Source: Acidobacteriaceae bacterium
GTDB lineage: Bacteria; Acidobacteriota; Terriglobia; Terriglobales; Acidobacteriaceae
Length of the DNA: 64,000 bases
Direction of reading: 5' to 3'
Assembly (NCBI GenBank): GCA_003152695.1
Contig: PMAT01000031.1
Span: 2,886-66,885, forward strand
The notes below the pieces were generated by a model. The model was not told where the DNA came from. It did not search any database and was given only the letters and a program-made list of their open reading frames with translations. Positions 1 to 8,301 of this stretch are shown here, piece by piece; the first letter of the stretch is position 1, and each line of letters starts with the position of its first letter. A program made the position numbers and the translations under genes.

Positions 1-144
1 GAGGTCATCCTTGAGATCGAGGCCAGCCAGGGCCCTCGCAGACGTGCTAGCGTACGTTTCCTCTTTTGGGAAGTATCGTCGGGCTCGCCGCCTCGAATTC
101 CGCCCTCGCAACCAAGTTCATCATCGACCTCTCTTGCCCCGACC

Positions 145-1239
145 CTAGTACCTTCCCCGGAAAAGGTAAACCAATTCGATGATCAGGATGATCACCACCA
201 TCAATTCCAGGATGAAACCGCGGCTTTGGTGAAATTCATCAACCAGAAAGCGATACAGTCCTTCGGCGGTGCGAAGCTTCTCCTTGACCAGGTTCTTGTA
301 CTCCGGAACCCCGACCTTGGCGGCTGCCAGCCGGTAAAGGCGCGCCGAAAACATGTCGCTGACGAACTTGATGGCGTTGTCGGAGCGCTCCACCAGTTCC
401 GTCACTTCGACGGTCACCGAGTTCAGGCGAGAGGCCTCACCACGCATCTGCCAGCGCCGCCAGAAGCCCGCCCGGTGTTTCAGCGAGGTATAGACACCGG
501 CCAGTTCGCGGGTCAGCAGCTCGTCATAGTGGCGGAACTCCAGCAACTGCGAGTTGACGTACTCCAGGATCTGCACCGAAGTTTCGGCGCCCGCCGGGGT
601 GTCATAAACCAGCGCGGCATTCCATCCAATCACGACCAAGTCGTTGGGATAGTAGGAAAGGCTGGCCTGCAGAACGTCATCGTTTTCACCGCGCCCGAGC
701 GGGGTGAGTTCGCCGCGCAATATCTGGGCGATCTGTGGCCCGTGTTGGGTCAGCAGCTCGGAGCCGGGCGGCTGCCCGGGGACTCCGCTCAGGGTGAAAA
801 CGTAATAGTCTTCGCTGAGCCATTCGCGGTATAGATGCACCAGGGCGGGCGCGATGCGATCGAGCCGGCCGCGAATGATCTGCTGCGCCTGACGCTCCAG
901 CTCCAGGCTCGGCACCCAGCGGGCCGCCAGTTGCACCAGGGTTTCCCAGTCGGCCTCGAATCCCAATTCAAACAGCACACTGATGACGCCATAGTCGTAA
1001 TACTTGATCTGCGGAATCAGCTTCTCGCCGCTGGCCAATACGACTGCTTCCAGCCGCTCGACGACGGGGGGATTCTCGAAGCGCACATAGTCGGGAGTGG
1101 CATGTTTGAAGCTGGGCTCAACCCGCCGCGCGCCCAGGATGTCGCGCAGTTGCTCGAGCCTGATCTCGTCGCAGACGTCGTGGAGAATGACTCCCAGGAC
1201 AGAACCCTTCATGGTCGCAACGGGCGTGTCGGTCGCCAT
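145..1239 (-). CDS. DUF155/RMD1-like family protein with a C-terminal TM helix
   Basis: 364-aa ORF. Overall resemblance to the DUF155 (RMD1/YagE-like) family. Ends in one hydrophobic helix, FILELMVVIILIIELVYLF. Family assignment is from memory and was not searched. Confidence 0.55.
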   Translation of the reverse strand: MATDTPVATMKGSVLGVILHDVCDEIRLEQLRDILGARRVEPSFKHATPDYVRFENPPVVERLEAVVLASGEKLIPQIKYYDYGVISVLFELGFEADWETLVQLAARWVPSLELERQAQQIIRGRLDRIAPALVHLYREWLSEDYYVFTLSGVPGQPPGSELLTQHGPQIAQILRGELTPLGRGENDDVLQASLSYYPNDLVVIGWNAALVYDTPAGAETSVQILEYVNSQLLEFRHYDELLTRELAGVYTSLKHRAGFWRRWQMRGEASRLNSVTVEVTELVERSDNAIKFVSDMFSARLYRLAAAKVGVPEYKNLVKEKLRTAEGLYRFLVDEFHQSRGFILELMVVIILIIELVYLFRGRY

Positions 1240-1360
1240 GGATCACCTTGCCCTCAAGCCGTAGCAGAAGATTGTACGTGAACCGTGACCGCCGGTTGCG
1301 TTGAGGAAGGTGGTTACGGTGCGGAGGAGCCAAATCATGGTTCCAGTAACTTTCACCATC

Positions 1361-2194
1361 TCACTTTCGCGGCGGGAACAGAAACTGCAGCATAGGCGCG
1401 ACCCGTTGCGACCAGGCAATCTCGTCGTGGCCCCCGCCTTCGACTTCGGTGTAGCAAAGGTCTTCGCCGAGCTTCCATCCCTCGTTGACCAAGGCAGTCC
1501 TCAGAGCGCGTGCATCGGGCAGCGCTCGCTGGCTTTCCTTGGTGCCGATATCGAGCCAGATACGCAAGTCGGGTTTCCTTTTGATGTGGGCGACAGTTTT
1601 CAGGATGGCCCGATTCCGCCACCACACCGACGGAGACATCGCGGCGAGCTTGCCAAACACCGAGCTATAGCGCAACGCCAGGTACATCGAAACTAGTCCC
1701 CCCAGCGATGATCCACCGAGGCCGCAGTTCTGGATGCCGGAAAGCGTCCGGTAATGGTAGTCGACGAATGGCGTCAGCTCTTCCACCAGCATCCGGCCAT
1801 AGGCATCGGCCTGCCCGCCACCGAGCCGCTTGTCTTCGATGGGGGTGTATTCGTCGATACGACGTTCACCCGTGTTGTAGATGCCGACGATGACCAGCGG
1901 CTCGATCGCTCCAGCCATAATTAACTCGTCCGCGGTTTCGCCTACACGCCAATACTTGCCGGGGATGAAGGAAGTGTCAGGGTCGAACAGGTTCTGCCCG
2001 TCCTGCAGGTACAGCGTGGGATAGCGCCGGTCGGGCTCAGCTTCGTACAAGGGCGGAAGGTAAACGATGAGGTCGCGCTTCTCGTCCAGCAGTTCGGAGG
2101 GGAACTGCTGATGCGGGCGCAGGCGCGACTTCAGGCTGCTGGACATCTGCGCTGGCGGAATCGGCGGGTCAGTTATGATCGGATCCGTGGTCAT
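1361..2194 (-). CDS. alpha/beta hydrolase, putative esterase family (enterochelin-esterase / esterase-D like)
   Basis: 277-aa ORF with nucleophile elbow GGSSLGG. Has the conserved YLQDGQN and VGI..G motifs typical of this esterase family. Confidence 0.7.
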   Translation of the reverse strand: MTTDPIITDPPIPPAQMSSSLKSRLRPHQQFPSELLDEKRDLIVYLPPLYEAEPDRRYPTLYLQDGQNLFDPDTSFIPGKYWRVGETADELIMAGAIEPLVIVGIYNTGERRIDEYTPIEDKRLGGGQADAYGRMLVEELTPFVDYHYRTLSGIQNCGLGGSSLGGLVSMYLALRYSSVFGKLAAMSPSVWWRNRAILKTVAHIKRKPDLRIWLDIGTKESQRALPDARALRTALVNEGWKLGEDLCYTEVEGGGHDEIAWSQRVAPMLQFLFPPRK

Positions 2195-2273
2195 TCTGTA
2201 GAATTGTGGCTCCCTAGATTACCAAATGCAGTTCTGATCCAACCCTATCTCAGACGGAAGAGGTTCAAAGAAC

Positions 2274-2978
2274 GTGAATCGTGAATATCATCGTTGGTGG
2301 TCCCGCGACCTGCAACGCGACATGGAACTGCTGATCTTTGGCCATGCCGGCGCCAAAGTCCTGGTCTTCCCCACTTCCATGGGACGTTACTTTGAATACG
2401 AAGACAACCAGATGGTTGCCGCGGTTGCCGACCGTATCGAGGCCGGACAGCTACAGATTTACTGCGTCGATAGCGTGGACAGCGAAAGCTGGTATAACCA
2501 GCAGGCGCATCCCTACTGGCGCCTGCAACGGCATCTGCAATACGAGCGCTACATTCTGAATGACGTGCTTCCGCTGATGTGGAACAAGAATTGGACGCCG
2601 CGTACCATCGTGACCGGCTGCAGCTTCGGCGCTTATCATGCCGTTAATTTCGCCTTCCGCCATCCCGACAAGGTCACCGGCTGCGTCACCATGGGCGGCT
2701 CGTTCGATGTCAAGAGCTTCCTCGACGGATGGTACAGCGAAGGCGTGTACTTCAATAACCCGCCCGATTATCTGGCAAACTGCACCGACGGCTGGCGCTA
2801 TAACCATATGCGGACGGTGCTGGCCACCGGCGAATGGGACATGTGCTGGAACAAAAATGAAGCGTTCGCAGCCATCCTGCAGGCGCGCGGCATCCGGCAT
2901 GAGCTATACGTGTGGGGCGAGCAAAGCTATCACGATTGGCCGTGGTGGCGGCCTATGGCGCGGACGTACCTGGAATAA
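2274..2978 (+). CDS. esterase-family alpha/beta hydrolase
   Basis: 234-aa ORF. GTG start preceded by GAAGAGG. Nucleophile elbow GCSFGAYHA. Divergently paired with the other esterase gene. Confidence 0.65.
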   Translation: MNREYHRWWSRDLQRDMELLIFGHAGAKVLVFPTSMGRYFEYEDNQMVAAVADRIEAGQLQIYCVDSVDSESWYNQQAHPYWRLQRHLQYERYILNDVLPLMWNKNWTPRTIVTGCSFGAYHAVNFAFRHPDKVTGCVTMGGSFDVKSFLDGWYSEGVYFNNPPDYLANCTDGWRYNHMRTVLATGEWDMCWNKNEAFAAILQARGIRHELYVWGEQSYHDWPWWRPMARTYLE

Positions 2979-3048
2979 GTGGTTGCAGAGGTGTTGACAT
3001 TTCCGCCAGGGTTGTCGTCACGAGTGCTACGTAGGCCTGTAGGAATGG

Positions 3049-3157
3049 AAATCAACCACGGAGATCGCAGAGATCACGAAGAACACTTGACCAAGAAACT
3101 CCGTGTCCTTCGTGCCGGAGCCTGCCCTGAGTGAAGCCGAAGGGTGGGGAATGATTT
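3049..3157. repeat. composite intergenic repeat: CACGGAG-type arm plus GCCCTGAGTGAAGCCGAAGGG module
   Basis: The 5' part, aatcaaccacggagatcgcagagatcacgaagaacacttga, is near-identical to 43295-43335. The gagcctgccctgagtgaagccgaagggtgg part is the reverse complement of 10628-10660. Both copies translate to the same artefact peptide, LR.(R/H)SGQAPARRTRSF, in the ORF track. Confidence 0.85.
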
Positions 3158-3171
3158 TCGACCGCCAATCG

Positions 3172-3705
3172 CTATTTCATTCCTGCCGCGGTCCGAGCTT
3201 GCACCTGGTGACGATGGGCCTCGACCGCCTCCTGCGCCAGGCGAATGAAGTCGGGCATGCGACGGGTGGCAATCTGCGACATCTTCTGCCCCAGATCGAA
3301 TGACCATCCTGCCATAGTGATGCTCATGGCAAATGGAGCGTCGCCGTAAAGCTGTTCGGCAGCGGTGAGCAGCGAGGCGGGAGTCAAATGATCACTGAAG
3401 CCACCGGGCCCAGGCTCCGGCGAAACGGTGGTGCGCAGGATGGTTCCGGGTTGATCGCCAAACGAGGCATCCAGAAACAGCACGAAGTCGCGCTGCAAGA
3501 TGTCGTCCACCATCTCCGGGGTGAGCTGTTGGGCGGCGATCACTTCCACGTCGGGGTCGTTCCAGAAATGCTGCTCCAACACGCGCGCGGCGTGGCAGCC
3601 GATGGCGTCATCTCCACGCATGGGATTTCCACAACCGATGATCAGGGTTCCGGGCACTTCGTCCTCTCCAGGCAGCGGCGCCATGGCCTGGCCTTTTCCC
3701 ATCAA
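3172..3705 (-). CDS. hydrogenase maturation endopeptidase (HyaD/HoxW/HycI family)
   Basis: 177-aa ORF. N-terminal LIIGCGNPMRGDDAIG motif and later D..H pattern are typical of [NiFe]-hydrogenase C-terminal processing proteases. Confidence 0.75.
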   Translation of the reverse strand: MMGKGQAMAPLPGEDEVPGTLIIGCGNPMRGDDAIGCHAARVLEQHFWNDPDVEVIAAQQLTPEMVDDILQRDFVLFLDASFGDQPGTILRTTVSPEPGPGGFSDHLTPASLLTAAEQLYGDAPFAMSITMAGWSFDLGQKMSQIATRRMPDFIRLAQEAVEAHRHQVQARTAAGMK

Positions 3706-3774
3706 CAGACATAATCCTTTTCTGCCGGGAAGGATGTGAGACGTCTCACCCTCCGCCGTGATGAACCGTTGAGG

Positions 3775-5004
3775 TCATTTCTTTCTCCCCGGCAACCCAG
3801 CCGGGTTCTCGTGGGTTCGTTCGCGGAAGCGCGCCTTCATACCCGTCGCCATGGAGACGGCGTGCTCTCCGAACTTCTCGCGCATTCGGTCGGCGGCGGA
3901 GAGCGCCTGGTTCCACTTCTGATGCGTGGTCTTGCCTTCCAGGCTGAGCTGCTCGCTCTCGTCCGCAAAGTGCGAAGCGCACACACCAAGCAGCCGTACC
4001 GCGCCGCCATTCCAGTTTGTGCGGAAGAGTTCACGGATTGTCGCCAGCACTTCCGCGTCCACCGAGCTGGGCTGCTCCAGAGTGCGGGCGCGGGTGAGGG
4101 TGCGGAAATCGGAATAGCGCAGCTTCAATTGCAGAGTGCGGGCGTGCAGCTTCTGTTCGCGCAGGCGGCGGCACACCATCTCCGCCAGCCTCGCCAGCGT
4201 CGCTTCCAGGGCTTGCGCGTCGTCGATATCGGTGGAGTAGGTGTGCTCGTGGCTGATGGAACGCGGCCCGTCGTCTTCGCCAATATCGCTATCGAACCAG
4301 GCGCCGGCGTCCAGGCCGCGGGCCTTGCCGGCGAGCGCCAAGCCGAGGGCGCCAAAGTTCGCCTCCAACCAGCGTTCCTCATGCCGGGCGAGATCGCCAA
4401 TCTTCTGGATGCCCTGTTCGAGCAGGCGCTTCTCCATGACCTTGCCAACGCCGGGGATCGTGCGCACATCCAGCGGCGCCAGAAATTCTGCTTCCCCGCC
4501 CGGCACAATCCACAGCACGCCATTGGGCTTGGCCTGGTCGGAGCAGATCTTGGCCAGCAGTCGCGAGGTGCCGATTCCGATGGAGCAATTCAGTTGCGTC
4601 TCCGCCTTCATGGCGCCGTGCAGCGCATGGGCGGCGCGCATTGGCGGCCCGTGCAGGCGCTCGGTGCCGGTCATGTCCACGTAGGCCTCGTCAATAGAAA
4701 CCATTTCCAGCTTGGGAGAAAAACGGTCGAGCACCTGGTAAACCCTGGCGGAATAATCGCGATAGCGCTCGGGATGTCCGTCCACGAAGACGGCGTGCGG
4801 GCACAATTTGGCGGCTGTGCGCAGCGGCATGGCCGAATGGACGCCGAACTTGCGCGCCTCGTAGGAAGCCGCCGATACCACGCCGCGCTCGTGGCGCCGC
4901 CCGCCAACCACCACCGCCCTGCCTTTCAGCGCGGGGTCGAATAGCTCTTCGACCGACACGAAAAAGGCGTCCATGTCGACGTGAAAGATGGTGCGTGGGG
5001 ACAT
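3775..5004 (-). CDS. dinB: DNA polymerase IV (Y-family translesion polymerase)
   Basis: IFHVDMDAFFVSVEE at the N-terminus, then SIDEAY and the little-finger region. Start moved to the internal ATG at 5004 (MSPRTIFHVDMD), because the upstream extension runs into a word repeat. Confidence 0.9.
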   Translation of the reverse strand: MSPRTIFHVDMDAFFVSVEELFDPALKGRAVVVGGRRHERGVVSAASYEARKFGVHSAMPLRTAAKLCPHAVFVDGHPERYRDYSARVYQVLDRFSPKLEMVSIDEAYVDMTGTERLHGPPMRAAHALHGAMKAETQLNCSIGIGTSRLLAKICSDQAKPNGVLWIVPGGEAEFLAPLDVRTIPGVGKVMEKRLLEQGIQKIGDLARHEERWLEANFGALGLALAGKARGLDAGAWFDSDIGEDDGPRSISHEHTYSTDIDDAQALEATLARLAEMVCRRLREQKLHARTLQLKLRYSDFRTLTRARTLEQPSSVDAEVLATIRELFRTNWNGGAVRLLGVCASHFADESEQLSLEGKTTHQKWNQALSAADRMREKFGEHAVSMATGMKARFRERTHENPAGLPGRKK

Positions 5005-5365
5005 GCTGTGCGCGATTTTACAACTAGCAATTAGCAACGAGCGGCCAAGATCTGGCCCTTAGAGTGGGCGGGTATCGCATCAGGCAACGCCGTGTTTCAC
5101 GATTGCGAGTCGGACTTGGCTGTGGCCAAGCTAAGTGCTGAGTGCTAACTGCCAACGGCTAATCGCTCTTCCCGATTTGAACTTCCGGCGCATCTTCTTT
5201 CCCCGAACCGGAAACCATCGAAGTCCCGATCTGAGAGGTAGTTGGGCTGCTAACCCGCCGGGAATGAGTTTCATTCTGGAACCAGAGAGAAGGTGACGGT
5301 GTTCCCGGTTTTCCGCTGATCGGGATATTCCCAAAAGAATCAACGCCCTAAGCGCGACTGGAATT

Positions 5366-5381
5366 TGGCAGCAGCCGTGCT
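5366..5381 (+). promoter_or_regulatory. candidate sigma-54 (-24/-12) promoter
   Basis: TGGCAGcagccGTGCT has GG and GC at the canonical positions 2-3 and 14-15 of TGGCAC-N5-TTGCW. It lies just upstream of an operon that encodes a sigma-54 activator. Confidence 0.35.
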
Positions 5382-5389
5382 CCCTACAA

Positions 5390-6004
5390 ATGCGGTTGCA
5401 AGGCAACAAGAGATTCTGGATCATGAACCGGGCCAGCCATAATCCGATCGGCAGCGCAAAGCAAGCGAAACCCTTGGCGAACCAACTTGGTCACCTTGCG
5501 ATTGCCTCCGATGACGAAACCAGCCAGATGTTCTCCGCCGGGCAAGGACGCGAGGAGTGCGATGCGGGAAATCCGTGCTCCTCGCGGGCCCTCAGCGGCG
5601 GCTGCGCGGCCTTGGTGCACGAGCTGGCTAACACTACTACCGCCGTGCTGATGAACGCCCAGGTGCTGGGATGGAAATTACCTCCCTACAGCCGGTTGAA
5701 ACGGCCGCTGCTGGAAATCGAGCGCAGCGCGCAGCGTGGCAGTGAATTGATGAAGTGCCTGCTACGCCGGCTGGGAACCGATGGAATGGATCCGGCAGAC
5801 CAAGAGAGGCGATGTGTGCAGGATGACGGGCTGGGGTTGACCGATGCGGTGACGGCCCAGGAGCCGGGCGCTGACTCCGGGAATGCGGAGAATCTGCCGC
5901 CCCGGACGAATTCCCGCCCGGCTCCTGGTTTTTGCTCAGCTCCGGAAGTTGAACTCACATCGACATGTGACGGTTGTACTAGTACGTTTCCCAAAAAGGG
6001 ATGA
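5390..6004 (+). CDS. HisKA/DHp-like phosphotransfer-domain protein lacking an ATPase domain
   Basis: H-box-like LVHELANTTTAVLMNAQVL (His codon at 5618-5620), followed by a second helix ...LLEIERSAQRGSELMKCLLRRL. No N/G1/F/G2 boxes in the remaining 70 aa. The stop overlaps the next start (ATGA at 6001-6004). The true start may be ATG 5423. Confidence 0.5.
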   Translation: MRLQGNKRFWIMNRASHNPIGSAKQAKPLANQLGHLAIASDDETSQMFSAGQGREECDAGNPCSSRALSGGCAALVHELANTTTAVLMNAQVLGWKLPPYSRLKRPLLEIERSAQRGSELMKCLLRRLGTDGMDPADQERRCVQDDGLGLTDAVTAQEPGADSGNAENLPPRTNSRPAPGFCSAPEVELTSTCDGCTSTFPKKG

Positions 6005-7491
6005 TGGTAATGAGTACGAAGGCCCAAATCAATTCCGCGCCGCCACTTGGGGGCGAGCTCGCCGAAGAAGGGATGTCCCACGTGCACGCCATTGATACCG
6101 TGGCAGTTAGCGAACCGAGTTGCGAGACCAATGGACTGAACCTGTTAATCGTCGACGATGAGCGCTCGATGCGGGAGTCTTGCCGGGAAGTCGCTCACTC
6201 GCTGGGGTTTAACACACGGGTGGCGGACACCCCGGAACACGTCTATCAGGCGCTCGACACCAGCAGCACCGATGTCGTGCTGCTCGATCTTCGTCTGCCG
6301 GGCAACAGCGGTCTGGAGGTTTTGCGCGAGATCAAGCTACGCCGTCCCGATACTCTGGTGATTGTGATGACCGGCTTTGCCACGGTGCAATCGGCGGTGC
6401 AGGCAATGAAACTGGGCGCCTACGATTACGTCACGAAACCCTTCAACTTCGAGGAGCTACGCCTGCTGCTGGAGCGGGCGGCAACCCATCTGAAGCTCAC
6501 CGCTGAGAACCGCCTGCTGCGGGAACAGGTGAAGTCGAGGCGGGGCTTCGGTTCCCTGGTGGGGCACGCGCCGGAGATGGAGAAGCTGTACCGCATTATC
6601 GCCAAGGCCGCGCACAGCACCCATCCCGTGCTGATTCTGGGGGAAAGTGGGACCGGCAAAGAGTTGGTGGCGCGCTCCATTCACTACTGCGGGCCCTTCC
6701 GCGACCGTCCTTTTATTCCGGTGGATTGCGGCGCGCTGGTTCCCACCCTGATCGAGAGCGAGCTGTTCGGCTACGTGCGCGGCGCCTTTACCGGCGCGGT
6801 ACGGGCCAAAGACGGATTGCTGGCCACCGCCGAGGGCGGGACGGTGTTTCTCGATGAAGTGGGCGAGCTGCCGGTGGACCTGCAAGCCAAGCTGTTACGC
6901 GCCATTCAGGAAAAAGAAGTGCGTCCAGTGGGCGGCACCCGCGCCATACCCATCAACGTGCGTATCCTGGCCGCCACCAACCGCGACCTCGATGTGGCGG
7001 TGCAGCAGGGGACCTTCCGCCGCGACCTCTACTTCCGCCTGAACGTGCTGACCCTGCGCATCCCTCCACTGCGCGAACGCAAGCAGGACATCCCCTTGCT
7101 GATAGGCAACGTCATGGAGCGCATCAACGGCGCCGCCCAGATGCAGCACAGCGTGGGAGACGATGCTTTGCGGCTGATGCTGAATTATGATTGGCCGGGC
7201 AACGTGCGCGAGCTGGAAAATTGCCTGGAACGCGCCTGCACCACCTGCTCTCTTCCCACCATTCACATTGCCGATCTGCCCACCCAATTGCGCAACTTCC
7301 AGGCGCAAGCCAGGCCGCCCATCCCGGTTTCCGATCCGGAGGCGGTTACTCCCATCGCCGAGTTGGAGAAGCAAGCCATCTTGCGCGCCATCGAAGTGCT
7401 GCAGGGAGACAAGCTGGAAGCGGCGCGCCGTCTGGGCATCGGCAAAACCACGCTGTATCGCAAACTGAAGGAATACGGCTCGGCACCCTGA
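6001..7491 (+). CDS. sigma-54-dependent response regulator (NtrC family)
   Basis: Canonical receiver (LLIVDDE...[10 protein letters not shown]...MTG...KP). AAA+ domain with [14 protein letters not shown] and the arginine finger region. C-terminal Fis-type HTH ([18 protein letters not shown]). Confidence 0.92.
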   Translation: MMVMSTKAQINSAPPLGGELAEEGMSHVHAIDTVAVSEPSCETNGLNLLIVDDERSMRESCREVAHSLGFNTRVADTPEHVYQALDTSSTDVVLLDLRLPGNSGLEVLREIKLRRPDTLVIVMTGFATVQSAVQAMKLGAYDYVTKPFNFEELRLLLERAATHLKLTAENRLLREQVKSRRGFGSLVGHAPEMEKLYRIIAKAAHSTHPVLILGESGTGKELVARSIHYCGPFRDRPFIPVDCGALVPTLIESELFGYVRGAFTGAVRAKDGLLATAEGGTVFLDEVGELPVDLQAKLLRAIQEKEVRPVGGTRAIPINVRILAATNRDLDVAVQQGTFRRDLYFRLNVLTLRIPPLRERKQDIPLLIGNVMERINGAAQMQHSVGDDALRLMLNYDWPGNVRELENCLERACTTCSLPTIHIADLPTQLRNFQAQARPPIPVSDPEAVTPIAELEKQAILRAIEVLQGDKLEAARRLGIGKTTLYRKLKEYGSAP

Positions 7492-7626
7492 GGTTCGCCG
7501 GCCTACACGCGACGCGGCGCGTAGGAGCGCGAAGCCAGAGCCGAAACAAGGACTGTTGGACTGATCAGCGCCGCCCCCGGCGCCAGTGGCAACGTGTGCC
7601 GGGCGAACGGCGGCAGGGAGGAAGCT

Positions 7627-8112
7627 ATGATCCTGTTGGTGACCACATCTTCTCGCGCCCAGGAATGCGCCGCCGCACTGCAACAGGGCACCGGACAGCC
7701 GACCCAGGTGACCAACTCAGTGCCGCGGGCGGTCGCGCGGCTGCAGAGCACGGAATACGACGCCCTGGCGATCGATCAATCGCTGCTGGAGGCTGATTCC
7801 CGCGCCCTCGATACCCTGCTGAATCACGCCGGCACCGCCCTGCCGATTTATGTCAACCTGGCGCTGCACCATTGTGACCGGGTGGTGCGCGAGGCGCAGG
7901 TTGCCTTGCGCCGGGCCGAGAAAGAGAAGCAATGGGCGATGGGCTTGGCGGAGCGGGTGTTGCGCAACCAGCTGCGCGCCGAGGTGACCGGCATCCTGCT
8001 AACCTCGGAGCTGGCGTTGCGGCAGCCGGCCATCCCCGCCGAGGTGGTGGCCAAGATTCGCCTGGTGCAGGACATGGCGGAGAAGATGCGCTCGCAGCTG
8101 CACGTCTTCTAG
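7627..8112 (+). CDS. hypothetical protein: degenerate receiver-like N-domain plus coiled-coil C-domain
   Basis: ATG 7627 follows a GGGAGGA Shine-Dalgarno. ILLVTTSS occupies the place of the acidic DD pocket, and DALAIDQSL follows later. The C-terminal helices (RNQLRAEVTGILLTSELAL) look like a His-less DHp. Confidence 0.5.
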   Translation: MILLVTTSSRAQECAAALQQGTGQPTQVTNSVPRAVARLQSTEYDALAIDQSLLEADSRALDTLLNHAGTALPIYVNLALHHCDRVVREAQVALRRAEKEKQWAMGLAERVLRNQLRAEVTGILLTSELALRQPAIPAEVVAKIRLVQDMAEKMRSQLHVF

Positions 8113-8124
8113 GGACACCGTTGG

Positions 8125-8292
8125 AATGACTCACCACAGAGACACAGGGAGACGGAGAAGAAAAGAATTCTCTTTCACCACTGAGGACACGGAGACCACG
8201 GAGTTTTTATTGTCTTTTCTTCGCCGTGCCCTCCGTGTTCTCCGTGGTGACAATATTCTTCTCTGTGATCTCAGTGCCTCTGTGGTTGATTT
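8125..8292. repeat. nested CACGGAG/CACAGAG hairpin repeat
   Basis: Outer inverted pair: caccacagagacacaggga / ctctgtgatctcagtgcctctgtggttga. Inner pair: caccactgaggacacggagaccacggag / ccgtgccctccgtgttctccgtggtga. Lies between convergent genes. Confidence 0.85.
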
Positions 8293-8301
8293 ACATCTCT
8301 C

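Noticed and set aside
3736-4944. 402-aa ORF on the plus strand, and similar long ORFs at 8512-9657, 16145-17020, 54576-55535, 56287-57957 and 60518-61303
   Set aside because: Each lies exactly antisense to a gene with clear family motifs (dinB, the aldehyde dehydrogenase, the SpoIIE fusion, deoC, maeB, tmk). Their translations are Arg/Ala/Gly/His-rich with no motifs. These are typical shadow ORFs of high-GC DNA.
8125-8292. Whether the dense direct and inverted repeats could be a CRISPR array
   Set aside because: The repeats are not regularly spaced, have no unique spacers of constant length, occur as inverted pairs and are dispersed singly across the window. No cas genes are present.
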